From: an uncultured Chthonomonadaceae bacterium
GTDB lineage: Bacteria; Armatimonadota; Chthonomonadetes; Chthonomonadales; Chthonomonadaceae
Direction: 5' to 3'
Assembly: GCA_963817895.1 (NCBI GenBank)
Contig: CAWFQB010000003.1
Span: 192,001 to 256,000, forward strand
Length of the DNA: 64,000 nt
Program-made: the position numbers and the translations under genes
In this document: one piece after another, positions 1-8,673 of the stretch
Layout: each line of letters starts with the position of its first letter
How positions within the stretch are numbered: position 1 is the stretch's first letter
Notes under the pieces: generated by a model
Seen by the model: the letters and a program-made list of their open reading frames with translations, nothing else
What the model was told of the DNA's origin: nothing
Database searches by the model: none

Positions 1-355
1 GGCGGCAGCGCAATGGATGCTGGGCGAACAGGATTTCGCGTGTTTTACAAACGAGTTGGTGGAGGGGCAAACCACGATGCGCGACATCATGCGTTTGCAA
101 ATCCGACGCCATCATTCGTTTGTGCTGGCGCGTATCGAGGCCAACGCCTTTCTGCGCGGCATGGTGCGCAACATCATGGGAACGCTGATTGAAGTGGGCG
201 CAGGCAAGAGGCAGGCGGACGACATTCCCCGACTGATTGCCACGCGCGAACGCAAACAGGCCGGCCCCACCGCGCCCGCGCAGGGTTTATGCCTGCTCAA
301 AGCGCGTTACGGGATCCGAAGAGACTACAAGAGCGAGATAAGGTTTAAGGGGTAA
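1..355 (+). CDS. truA: tRNA pseudouridine(38-40) synthase, 3' part (runs off the window)
   Basis: Motifs ANAFLRGMVRNIMGTL and AGPTAPAQGLCL; directly upstream of rplM-rpsI. Confidence 0.95.
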   Translation, partial: AAAQWMLGEQDFACFTNELVEGQTTMRDIMRLQIRRHHSFVLARIEANAFLRGMVRNIMGTLIEVGAGKRQADDIPRLIATRERKQAGPTAPAQGLCLLKARYGIRRDYKSEIRFKG

Positions 356-365
356 GGGATAAGTA

Positions 366-442
366 GATACAAGATACGAGATACGAGATACGAGCCAATT
401 CCTGAACACCTGAACACCTGAATACCTGAACACCTGAACACC
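366..442 (+). repeat. Short tandem repeats: (GATACRA)x4 then (CCTGAAYA)x5
   Basis: Read directly: 366-393 GATACAA then GATACGA x3; 401-440 CCTGAACA units, one CCTGAATA variant. Confidence 0.95.
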
Positions 443-464
443 GGGTGTCGGAGCGAAACTTACG

Positions 465-935
465 ATGAAAACCACCAAATCGGCTCGCGCCGAGGACATG
501 GAAGCGCAGCGCGTCTGGTACATCATGGACGCGACCAACAAGCCGCTTGGACGGCTGGCGGTAGATGCGGCCAAAGTTCTGCGCGGCAAGCATAAGCCCA
601 TTTTTACTCCCCATGTGGATACGGGCGACCACGTTATCATTATCAACGCCGACAAGGTGATCCTGACCGGCGCGACCAAACCGGGCGAACCCGTGTACCA
701 CCATACCGGCTGGCCGGGTGCGCTGAAAAGCATCAAGCGGGCGGACGAGTTGGCGAAGAAGCCCGAAGAGGCTGTTCGCCGCGTCGTGCGCGGCATGATT
801 CCGCACAACAAACTGGGCGACGCCGTTATCAAGAAATTGAAAGTCTACAGCGGCCCGACCCATCCGCATGAGGCGCAGGCGCCTATCATGTACACGGGCG
901 GCATACAGGCTGATCCGACGAACAAGGGAGAGTAA
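465..935 (+). CDS. rplM: 50S ribosomal protein L13
   Basis: WYIMDAT..PLGRLA...[30 protein letters not shown]. Confidence 0.99.
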   Translation: MKTTKSARAEDMEAQRVWYIMDATNKPLGRLAVDAAKVLRGKHKPIFTPHVDTGDHVIIINADKVILTGATKPGEPVYHHTGWPGALKSIKRADELAKKPEEAVRRVVRGMIPHNKLGDAVIKKLKVYSGPTHPHEAQAPIMYTGGIQADPTNKGE

Positions 936-937
936 GC

Positions 938-1333
938 GTGGCAGACGGAAATCGCTTTTATGGAACCGGCAAGCGCAAAAACGCGATTGCCCGCGTGTGG
1001 ATTGCGCCCGGTTCAGGCACTGTGACCATCAACGACCGTCCGGCGGAAAAGTATCTCGGTCGGCGCGTCCTTGCGCAACTGATTCGGCAGCCGTTCACCG
1101 TCACAGAGACGGAAGGCCGCTTTGATGTGGTCGCGCATTGCAAGGGCGGCGGCATTTCCGGGCAGGCGGGAGCCGTCCGACATGGCATCTCCAAAGCCCT
1201 GTTGGAATCCGATCCCGAACTGCGCCCGCGCCTGCGCCGCACTGGTCTGCTGACCCGCGACCCCCGCGTAAAAGAGCGCAAAAAGTACGGTCGCAAACGC
1301 GCCCGCAGAGGCTTCCAGTTCAGCAAGCGGTAA
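938..1333 (+). CDS. rpsI: 30S ribosomal protein S9
   Basis: [38 protein letters not shown]...FQFSKR. GTG start. Confidence 0.99.
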   Translation: MADGNRFYGTGKRKNAIARVWIAPGSGTVTINDRPAEKYLGRRVLAQLIRQPFTVTETEGRFDVVAHCKGGGISGQAGAVRHGISKALLESDPELRPRLRRTGLLTRDPRVKERKKYGRKRARRGFQFSKR

Positions 1334-1339
1334 GGAATT

Positions 1340-1519
1340 TAGACAGGATTAACAGGATTTTCAGGATTAACAGGATAACGAAGAGGGAACAGACTCGTCC
1401 AATAAGCGAGTTGTCAAGAGTTGCAATAGCTGGGTGTGCTATTTACATGCCGCCAGATGTTGCCTCTACCCATTGATGAAAAATCTTGTTAATCCTGAAA
1501 ATCCTGTTAATCCTGTCTA
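1340..1519. repeat. Palindromic element with 37-bp inverted arms built from 9-mer (CAGGATTAA-like) tandem units
   Basis: 1340-1376 matches the reverse complement of 1483-1519 at 36/37; spacer has small hairpins (ACTCG/CGAGT, AATAGC/GCTATT). Confidence 0.9.
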
Positions 1520-1752
1520 TTTCTGTCCTTTTCCGTATGCGCCTCCGCACTTTGGCGGCTGGTCGTGTCGTCTTGATTGTATGCTGCAAAATCGGTCCAC
1601 TCCTGCCGATAATGAACCCTGTCGTTCTGTGTGTTTTACCGTACTCCGTCCCCTGTAGCTGTTTCCCGTAACTCGCTTCACATCGGCCTGCCTGCGCGTA
1701 TTTGCGTTTGGCAAGGCGCAGAGGAGGTTCCGCTTTGCCCCATTGCGTTCTC

Positions 1753-2727
1753 ATGCCGCGAAATGGCCGTTCGCCGCAAATCAACCGCATTTTCCTGCTT
1801 GCGCTTTTGTTGGGCGCAATGTGTTGTCATACCGCTCACGCCGACCAATCCCTGACGCTGGAGTTGCCGCCGTCAAAGGAGGCGCAGGAGGCGCGGACGC
1901 TGGAAAAAGCGCGGCAGCGGGCGCAGACCGCGCATACCATAGTGACGCCGCGTTCCGGCGACGCGGGTTTACGCAGTCAGGGACGCTATCATCCTGAGCG
2001 GGGCGCGTTATCGTCGCGCGGGCAATCGGGCGGTGAGCGAGTAGTAGGACGATTGGGGCAGATGGATCGCGCCACCCCGATTCATCGCGGACGCAGTGAC
2101 AGCAGCGCGCAACTGACGACGGCAAGCGCGGGAACCTATCTTGCGGTGGAATCCGAGCAGGGCGACTGGTACGGTATCCTGATGGCGGACGGCTCTATGG
2201 GCTGGATACACAAGTCGAGTCTCCGCATGTTGGATTATCAGGTGGTTTCCAACGGGCAGTTGCCGACGCAGGAGGCTCCACAGTGGGGAACCGGCAGCAC
2301 GCCGGAGGGTATCGGGGGCGCGGATGTTTACCCGCGCAGTGACCGTCCCTATTTTACGGGCAGCCCGCAGGCGTTTTTGAGCGAAGCCTACAAATATCTT
2401 GGCGTTCCCTACGTGTGGGGCGGCAACACGTATGGCGGCATTGACTGTTCCGGGTTTGTCAAGAACGTATATGGCGCACTCGGTTTTCCCCTGCCCCGAC
2501 TCGGCTCCGACCAGATGGCGTATGGCGTGCCAGTTCCCGTAGATCAGTTGCAGCCGGGCGACCGACTGTATTTCACGCCGCGCACCGAGCGTTTAGGCGT
2601 CCACCACACGGGCTTTTACGTCGGCAACGGCTATTTCATCCATGCGTCTTCCGGCAAGCATCAGGTGACGGTAAGCAGCCTGAGCGAATCGTACTACCGC
2701 AAAAATTTCGTCTGCGCCCGCCGCTAA
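1753..2727 (+). CDS. Secreted NlpC/P60 (C40) peptidoglycan endopeptidase with SH3-like domain
   Basis: Signal peptide (LLALLLGAMCCHTAHA); GDWYGILMADGSMGWI (SH3b-like); LGVPYVWGG, GIDCSG, HTGFYVG, FIHASS. Confidence 0.92.
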   Translation: MPRNGRSPQINRIFLLALLLGAMCCHTAHADQSLTLELPPSKEAQEARTLEKARQRAQTAHTIVTPRSGDAGLRSQGRYHPERGALSSRGQSGGERVVGRLGQMDRATPIHRGRSDSSAQLTTASAGTYLAVESEQGDWYGILMADGSMGWIHKSSLRMLDYQVVSNGQLPTQEAPQWGTGSTPEGIGGADVYPRSDRPYFTGSPQAFLSEAYKYLGVPYVWGGNTYGGIDCSGFVKNVYGALGFPLPRLGSDQMAYGVPVPVDQLQPGDRLYFTPRTERLGVHHTGFYVGNGYFIHASSGKHQVTVSSLSESYYRKNFVCARR

Positions 2728-2747
2728 TCTTCCTTACCCTTTAATCC

Positions 2748-2785
2748 AAAGCGTCACGTCTACATAGACGTGACGCTTTATTTTG
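2748..2785 (+). terminator. Intrinsic terminator
   Basis: Perfect stem AAAGCGTCACGTCTA/TAGACGTGACGCTTT followed by ATTTT, just after the NlpC/P60 stop. Confidence 0.85.
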
Positions 2786-3034
2786 CCTGCGCACTTATCT
2801 CTGCAAATCTGATATCTGTCCCGCGATACAAACAAATTACCGGTCTGCATCGCTAATACAAGGAGGAATTATTTTTTGTGCGTGGAACAATCATTGTGTT
2901 AGAATGACACTTGCCGCATATTTGTAGAATTTTTCACGAAGAACTCTGCTGTTGCGGCAAATTCTTACTTATGCTTCTGCGCCATACGCTATAAAGCGCA
3001 AGGTGCAACAGTAATAGACAGGAGGGATATTGAG

Positions 3035-3193
3035 ATGAAGCCGGATCGTTTTATGAAGGTTCTTATCGCGCTGCTCGCCATTGGGGTTTGGGGGCTGCTT
3101 CTGTCACCGTCCCGGGGAATAAATTCCTCGGCTGTGGTAACAAAGTCCGCCTGCGCGGACTACACCGTAAGATGGCGAGTTACACCGCATTGA
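3035..3193 (+). CDS. Small 52-aa ORF with N-terminal membrane anchor, probably truncated by the REP doublet
   Basis: GGAGG at 3021-3025, ATG 3035; MKPDRFMKVLIALLAIGVWGLLLSP then runs into the repeat. Absent from the ORF track; translated by hand. Confidence 0.55.
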   Translation: MKPDRFMKVLIALLAIGVWGLLLSPSRGINSSAVVTKSACADYTVRWRVTPH

Positions 3194-3242
3194 GTCCGCG
3201 CAGGCGGACTTTGTTACCACAGCCGCGAGATTCATCTCACGG
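3112..3242. repeat. REP doublet / REPIN-like element
   Basis: Perfect 31-bp inverted repeat 3131-3161 vs 3193-3223; each arm has an internal palindrome AGTCCGC-N4-GCGGACT plus an outer hairpin. Confidence 0.85.
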
Positions 3243-3310
3243 CGTTTCGTGGACTGGTATTGCGTCTATAAGAACTACATTGGGTTTGATCGGAAATGAG
3301 GCTGTAACAC

Positions 3311-3529
3311 ATGAGCGATACTTTAACTCCTCCCCACACAACATACAAAGCAGTCGTCCATACCGAAGAGGAGGGCGGTTACTGGGCGGAAGTGCCTGAA
3401 TTGCCCGGATGCTTCACGCAGGGCGATACGCTGGATGAACTGTACGACAACTTGCTTGAGGCAATTGCGTGTCATCTGGATGCCGCAAAAGACCGGGTTC
3501 GTGTAGGATTTTTGGAGATGGCGGCTTGA
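3311..3529 (+). CDS. hicB: HicB-family antitoxin (short, no obvious DNA-binding domain)
   Basis: EEEGGYWAEVPELPGCFTQGDTLDELYDNLLEAIACHL. Confidence 0.93.
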   Translation: MSDTLTPPHTTYKAVVHTEEEGGYWAEVPELPGCFTQGDTLDELYDNLLEAIACHLDAAKDRVRVGFLEMAA

Positions 3530-3729
3530 AAGCAGTTACGGGAACGCGCTTTTGCAAAGCGTTGCATCGCAACGGATGGACCTATCTGCGAACAAGTGGC
3601 AGCCATGAAACGTGGCATAAGGCAGGTTATGGCAATGTTACTGTGCCGGTTCACGCGGGCAAAGATATCAAGCCCGGTTTGCTGGCGAAACTGCTCAGAC
3701 AAACCGGCCTGACGCAGGCGGATTTGTGA
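3526..3729 (+). CDS. hicA: HicA-family mRNA interferase toxin
   Basis: TTG overlapping the hicB TGA; NGWTYLRTSGSHETW...VTVPVHAGKDIKPGLLAKLLRQTGL. Confidence 0.93.
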   Translation: MKAVTGTRFCKALHRNGWTYLRTSGSHETWHKAGYGNVTVPVHAGKDIKPGLLAKLLRQTGLTQADL

Positions 3730-3738
3730 AGAGTAGTT

Positions 3739-4422
3739 TCAGCGCGGCATTTGTTGTTTGGCCTGACGCTTCACTTTGTTTAATGACGACTCGATGCGCT
3801 CGATCTCTTTTAGCACATCCTGCGGGCGGAGGTCGGCTTCCAGTTCCCGCAGTTCAGCATCGGCTTCGTTGCTGATACCTAAATGGTTTTCAATGGCGTC
3901 CAGCATCTTGATAACGCGGGTAATTTCGTGTTCTGAGAGCAGGCCGACGTGTAAATCCAGTTCCGCGCGTTTGTCCGACTGCGCTCCCATGCGGTTCTGG
4001 CTGATAAGCACGAAGGTTGACAGGAAAATGGCTTCCAGCGACACAATCAGTGTCAGCAGTTGATAAGGGTAGGGATCGAAGGGCTTGAAGCCGAAGATGC
4101 TGCGCGGACTGCCCACGTTCATTACAATCCAGACGGTGAAAAATACGGCATGGATATATACAAACCACATGTTGCCGGAGAAATCCGTAATCACATCCGC
4201 GATACGATCCTGCCCGGTGCGGCTGTGGCGCTCCCGATAGCGCAACGCGGAGAGGGTTTGGATGTTGTTTTCAATGGACGCGCCCAACAGCGGGTTATCG
4301 GGCTGCTGATCCTGTATGATCTTCTCAAAGTCCGTATCCGCTTCCTCTTTGTGTACGCCCGCTTTACCGCCACGATCCCCATCGGAAAGAATAGCCATGT
4401 CGTTCTTTCTCAACTGTCGCAA
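3739..4422 (-). CDS. DUF1003 family membrane protein
   Basis: DRIADVITDFSGNMWFV; FDPYPYQLLTLIVSLEAIFLSTFVLISQNR. Confidence 0.88.
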   Translation of the reverse strand: MRQLRKNDMAILSDGDRGGKAGVHKEEADTDFEKIIQDQQPDNPLLGASIENNIQTLSALRYRERHSRTGQDRIADVITDFSGNMWFVYIHAVFFTVWIVMNVGSPRSIFGFKPFDPYPYQLLTLIVSLEAIFLSTFVLISQNRMGAQSDKRAELDLHVGLLSEHEITRVIKMLDAIENHLGISNEADAELRELEADLRPQDVLKEIERIESSLNKVKRQAKQQMPR

Positions 4423-4509
4423 ACCACACGCCAGTCTTCATTGACAAACTTCAGTAGATACATCTTCGTTCTCTGATTGTGCTGGCGGCAGCAAATAGAG
4501 GAAAACAGA

Positions 4510-5067
4510 TTATTCCCGTATACCGGCAATTGGCAAGTCTGTGTCCGCATGTCGGGCGGCGCTATTCGTAGATAGGAAGGTAGCGTCGTCCGCGCCGGAA
4601 TGAGATGTGGTATTCGCGTCAAGGATGCGCTGTACATTCGTCTCATCGCCCGGATGCGCGGCAACCGCAAGGACAATACCGCCTTCATGCAGGCCGCGTT
4701 CGTAATCGGAAGCTGTGTCTTCGGGAATGCCCGCGCCCACAAGCCAGCCTACGACGGAACCCGTGACGCCACCGCCACCCACGAACAGAGCCGCCAAAGC
4801 GCCCGCAGCGATCAGGCCTATTCCGGGTATGGCTACCGCGCTGATGGCGAGCAATCCCCCCAGTAACGCGCCCACGCCTCCGCCGATGGCAGCCGTTGAC
4901 GTTTCCTGTGCGCGTATGTTCGTCGCCTCGCTCAATTCCCGCGCTTCGTGGGCTTCCTTCATAATCACGCTGATTTCGTCAGACGTATACCCGTGTTGCT
5001 TTAATTCGGTAATGGCGTGTTCCGCCGCTGCCCGCGTGTCGAAAAGTCTGGTAATCAAGTGGGACAT
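4510..5067 (-). CDS. General stress protein (17M/YflT-like)
   Basis: LFDTRAAAEHAITELKQHGYTSDEISVI, glycine-zipper TM segment, AGIPEDTASDYERGLHEGGIVLAV. Confidence 0.8.
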   Translation of the reverse strand: MSHLITRLFDTRAAAEHAITELKQHGYTSDEISVIMKEAHEARELSEATNIRAQETSTAAIGGGVGALLGGLLAISAVAIPGIGLIAAGALAALFVGGGGVTGSVVGWLVGAGIPEDTASDYERGLHEGGIVLAVAAHPGDETNVQRILDANTTSHSGADDATFLSTNSAARHADTDLPIAGIRE

Positions 5068-5494
5068 GGATAAGCCTCGTTCCGCAATACTTCCGGTTGA
5101 GTATTCTTCCTGTACGAATACTGTTTTCAGCGCCCAATGGGACAATATCTCCTATGACGGCCTGCTCCTGCCCCTTTGTTCCCTTTCCTCAATACAAGAC
5201 TTGATTATTCGTCTATATCCTGCGTAAGAGAACAATCTATACCAAAATGGCGGTTTGGTTGTAAAGCTGAAAACCGGTTAAACAACCGGGAACAAAGCAA
5301 TTTCGACAATCGTTCTGACACTGTTCAACCTGAGCGAACGGCGATACCTGTCTGCCGGGTCTGTACCGTAGTTGTATGTGTTGACGGGCCTGTTGCGCCG
5401 TCCTGACTCTAATCCGGTTTCATATTTTTGCAGTTGTCGCGTTCGCGCAGGCACATCACCATCATCTCGCCATGTTGCGAGCAAGGAGTTTACC

Positions 5495-6199
5495 ATGTCT
5501 GACAGCCAGTTGGGGGATGCCCCCGCCATGCCGCAAGACTCGTATGACGATTACAACAAGCCTGATCCCGGTCCTGCCGAGAGCGCGGCGGAAGCCGCCG
5601 CGATCATGGGTATGACAGCGGATGGCGATGCCACTGCTACCTTTAATACGTCTACCGCCGCTGATAGCGCGGCGAGTAGCGTGGCAAGCAGTGTCGCCAG
5701 TGTGGCCGCGCCCATTGTGGATCAGGCGAAACAGCAGGCGCAAAAGGTTGTGGAACACACGCAGCGCAGGGCCGGGGAAGCCATTGATCAGGCGCGCGTT
5801 CGCACCAAAGGCTGGATTGAAACGCAGCTGGATGCCGCCGCCGATGGGCTGGACGGCATTGCCGGAGCGGTCAAGGATACCGGTGAGCAACTGCGGGCGC
5901 ACGATCCCAACAACATGGGACAGGTGGCGGATGTGGCAGCAAGCACGGCGGAAACCGTTCGCAATGTGTCTTCCCGCCTGCGCGACGCAACGGTAGACGA
6001 CATTATACGCGATACGGAACAGTTCGCGCGCCGTCAGCCCGGACTGTTCATTGGAGGCGTGTTCGTACTCGGCTTCATGCTGGCCCGCTTCCTGAAGAGT
6101 ACCGGCGGAGCGACGGGAGGTTCCGGGTACGCGCCCTCAACGGATCGCCTGCTGCCCGTTCCCATCCAACCGGATACGCAGCCGTACACAGGAGTTTAA
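5495..6199 (+). CDS. Helical LEA/apolipophorin-like stress protein with C-terminal membrane anchor
   Basis: AAGGAG RBS; Ala/Gln/Asp-rich helices; FARRQPGLFIGGVFVLGFMLARFLKS tail. Confidence 0.7.
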   Translation: MSDSQLGDAPAMPQDSYDDYNKPDPGPAESAAEAAAIMGMTADGDATATFNTSTAADSAASSVASSVASVAAPIVDQAKQQAQKVVEHTQRRAGEAIDQARVRTKGWIETQLDAAADGLDGIAGAVKDTGEQLRAHDPNNMGQVADVAASTAETVRNVSSRLRDATVDDIIRDTEQFARRQPGLFIGGVFVLGFMLARFLKSTGGATGGSGYAPSTDRLLPVPIQPDTQPYTGV

Positions 6200-6208
6200 T
6201 AGCAAGCC

Positions 6209-6604
6209 ATGACGATGTATCAAGCTCCCCAACAAAAAGAGGATCGCTCTTTGGGCGAACTGCTGGGGCAATTGTCGCAGGACACGTTGACCCTTGTGCG
6301 GCAGGAATTGACGCTCGCCAAAACCGAGATGAGCCAGAAGCTGGCGAACGTCACCAAAAACATTGGCCTGTTGGTGGCGGGCGGCGCGTTGGCGTATGCG
6401 GGCGTCCTGATGCTCGTCGCCTCCCTTGCTCTGTTGCTGTATGAAGTATTTCATTTGCCCGGATGGGTGTCCGCTCTGCTTGTGGGCGCAATCGTGACGG
6501 GTATCGGCGGCGCGATGGTCATGAAGGGCATTAGCGCCATGCGCAGCGCCGACCTGACGCCGCATCAAACGCTGGATTCGCTGAAGGAGTTGAAACATGG
6601 CTGA
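6209..6604 (+). CDS. Holin-X/YhjD-like (phage holin family) membrane protein
   Basis: RSLGELLGQLSQDTLTLVRQELTLAKTEM, two TM helices, PHQTLDSLKE. Confidence 0.85.
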   Translation: MTMYQAPQQKEDRSLGELLGQLSQDTLTLVRQELTLAKTEMSQKLANVTKNIGLLVAGGALAYAGVLMLVASLALLLYEVFHLPGWVSALLVGAIVTGIGGAMVMKGISAMRSADLTPHQTLDSLKELKHG

Positions 6605-8285
6605 TCTTCCCACTGGAATAGACCAGGCCTCTACTGATCGGGCGGAAATCAATGCGATAGGGGAGCATCATGGCGGCGAGGACGAAACCGTCGAGATCGT
6701 TGCTATCCGCTCTGACATTGAGCATACCCGGCACGATATTGAGGAGACGCTGGAAGCGATTAAGGAAAAACTGAACCCGCAGGTGGTGCTGGAACAGGCG
6801 AAAGAACATGCCCGCGATGTGGCTGTAGATGCGCTTGACGCGGCGCGCGACAACGTAAAGGAGAGCATCAGCGCCACTGTGGAGAATGTGAAAGACACGG
6901 TTGGCGATGCGATGCACAATGCGGCGGATAGTGTTAGCAACGCGGTTCAGAACGTTTCCGATACGGTCAGCAATGCGGTGCAATCCGCCAAAGACAAAGT
7001 GGGCGATATGTTCGGGGGCAAGGACAAGGGCGAACACACGGTGGATACAGCCATTGATGCCATGCGGGGCGCTTCACCTCCCAAACCTGCCGTTACCGTC
7101 AACAAGAGAATAGGAGGCGTTATGTCAGGAATGAGTGGCGCAGGCACAAACGCGCTGGATACGGTCAAGCGCAATCCCGTGCCGACCGCGCTGATTGCCG
7201 TTGGCGCGACATATCTGTATCTGAAACACCGCGACGATAACAAGGTTCCGAGCTACACAACGCGAGATTACGACTACACGGACTACGAGCCGGTATTTCC
7301 CACCTCGCAGCCGATTGACAGCCTGACGGGCGATGAAGAGATAATCATCATCGAAACCGTATCGGATGTGGACGGACGGGGAAGCCTAACGAGCGGCAGT
7401 GGCAGTTCCGGCGCGTCTGTCGGCTCCTCGCTGCTCAACACCGTCAGCCAGAATCCGCTTCCGATTGCCGCCGCCGTGTTGGGCGCGACATGGCTGATAA
7501 TGCGCAGCCGCGATAATGGGGGAGACGCTTCCTATCGCCGCGACAATTACGCGGATTACCTCCCGCCAGATACGTCCGGGCCGAATATCGGCAGCAGGAT
7601 CGGCGACGCGGTGGACGCTGTAAAGGGCAAAGCCGGAGATGTTAGTGATACGGTCAGCGGCGCGGTTGGCAGCGCGAAAGATAAAGTATCCGATGCCGTC
7701 AGCGGCGCGAAGGATAAGGTCACGGATGTAGTGGGCAGCGCGAAAGACAAAGTGACAGACGCCGTTGGAACCGCTAAAGACAAAGTGACCGATGTGGTCG
7801 GGAGTACAAAAGATAAAGTTGGCGATGTCGTGGACAGCGCCAAAGATAAGGTGAGCAGCGCAATGGATACAGCCAAAGACAAAGCGGGTCAGGCGAGCAG
7901 CGCGGTCAGCAGCGCGATGAGCGCGGCGAAAGACAAAGCGACGCAGGTGACGGGGCAGGCGCGGGACAAAGCCAGCCAGCTGGGATCGTCCGCGATGGAG
8001 CAAACACGGAAAGCGCAGGGCGCGGTTTCGGACACGTTTCATGACAACCCGATGGCCTACGGATTGGTGGCATTGGGCATCGGCGCGGCAGTGGGCCTGC
8101 TGATTCCGGCAACCGAGCCTGAAAACCGCTTCATGGGCCAGAAGCGCGACGAGTTGTTCAACCGGGCGCAGACTGCCGCTTCCGATATCGCGACGAAAGT
8201 GCAGACGGTTGCCGAAAACACCCTTGATGTGGCGAAAACCACCGCCGCGTATGAAGCCAAACATGCGGGTCTGACAACCGAGTAA
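6597..8285 (+). CDS. DUF3618-like protein with LEA-type 11-aa repeats and membrane anchors
   Basis: IRSDIEHTRHDIEETLEAIKEKLNP; AKDKV repeats; NPMAYGLVALGIGAAVGLLIPATEPENRFMG. Confidence 0.8.
   Translation: MADLPTGIDQASTDRAEINAIGEHHGGEDETVEIVAIRSDIEHTRHDIEETLEAIKEKLNPQVVLEQAKEHARDVAVDALDAARDNVKESISATVENVKDTVGDAMHNAADSVSNAVQNVSDTVSNAVQSAKDKVGDMFGGKDKGEHTVDTAIDAMRGASPPKPAVTVNKRIGGVMSGMSGAGTNALDTVKRNPVPTALIAVGATYLYLKHRDDNKVPSYTTRDYDYTDYEPVFPTSQPIDSLTGDEEIIIIETVSDVDGRGSLTSGSGSSGASVGSSLLNTVSQNPLPIAAAVLGATWLIMRSRDNGGDASYRRDNYADYLPPDTSGPNIGSRIGDAVDAVKGKAGDVSDTVSGAVGSAKDKVSDAVSGAKDKVTDVVGSAKDKVTDAVGTAKDKVTDVVGSTKDKVGDVVDSAKDKVSSAMDTAKDKAGQASSAVSSAMSAAKDKATQVTGQARDKASQLGSSAMEQTRKAQGAVSDTFHDNPMAYGLVALGIGAAVGLLIPATEPENRFMGQKRDELFNRAQTAASDIATKVQTVAENTLDVAKTTAAYEAKHAGLTTE
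7662..7892 (+). repeat. Seven 33-bp coding tandem repeats (consensus about AVGSAKDKVTD)
   Basis: Read directly in DNA and protein. Confidence 0.9.
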
Positions 8286-8312
8286 CCCTCAATGTATGGC
8301 GTCCACTGATAC

Positions 8313-8357
8313 AAATACCCCTTCTTCCAATATCTGGGCAAGGGGTATTTTGTTTTT
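8313..8357. terminator. Intrinsic (probably bidirectional) terminator
   Basis: AAATACCCCTT/AAGGGGTATTT stem plus T tract, between convergent genes. Confidence 0.8.
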
Positions 8358-8369
8358 ATACAGTCGGCT

Positions 8370-8594
8370 TTATGCTGCTAAAACCGGGTAGTCAACTTCT
8401 CGCGCCGCGTACTCCAAAGCCGCTTGCAAATCTTCCTTCTCCAAATCCGGCATTTCTTCTAAAATTTGTTCGGCGCTCAAGTTTGATGCAAACAAGTTTA
8501 GAACATCTACAACACGGATTCTCATTCCCCGGATACAGGGGCGGCCTCCACATTGTTTTGGATTTATAGTAATTCGGTTGCGCCATGTCTGCAT
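8370..8594 (-). CDS. DUF433 family putative antitoxin, orphan
   Basis: RITINPKQCGGRPCIRGMRIRVVDVL...EEMPDLEKEDLQAALEYAA; GGAG RBS. Confidence 0.92.
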   Translation of the reverse strand: MQTWRNRITINPKQCGGRPCIRGMRIRVVDVLNLFASNLSAEQILEEMPDLEKEDLQAALEYAAREVDYPVLAA

Positions 8595-8673
8595 CTGGCT
8601 GACTCCTGCTTCCAAGTGTGAAACGTTTTTGATATTTAGCGTACCCAAAATTTCGTAAATCACGCTTACAAGA

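Noticed and set aside
366..442. CRISPR array
   Set aside because: Units are 7-8 bp with no spacers, and no cas genes are in the window.
1520..1750. c-di-AMP riboswitch upstream of NlpC/P60
   Set aside because: Plausible context, but I could not find the ydaO consensus blocks.
6209..6604. Prophage (holin)
   Set aside because: Holin-X-like proteins occur in stress clusters; no phage genes nearby.
7662..7892. CRISPR-like 33-bp periodicity
   Set aside because: In-frame coding repeats with codon-level variation and no spacers.
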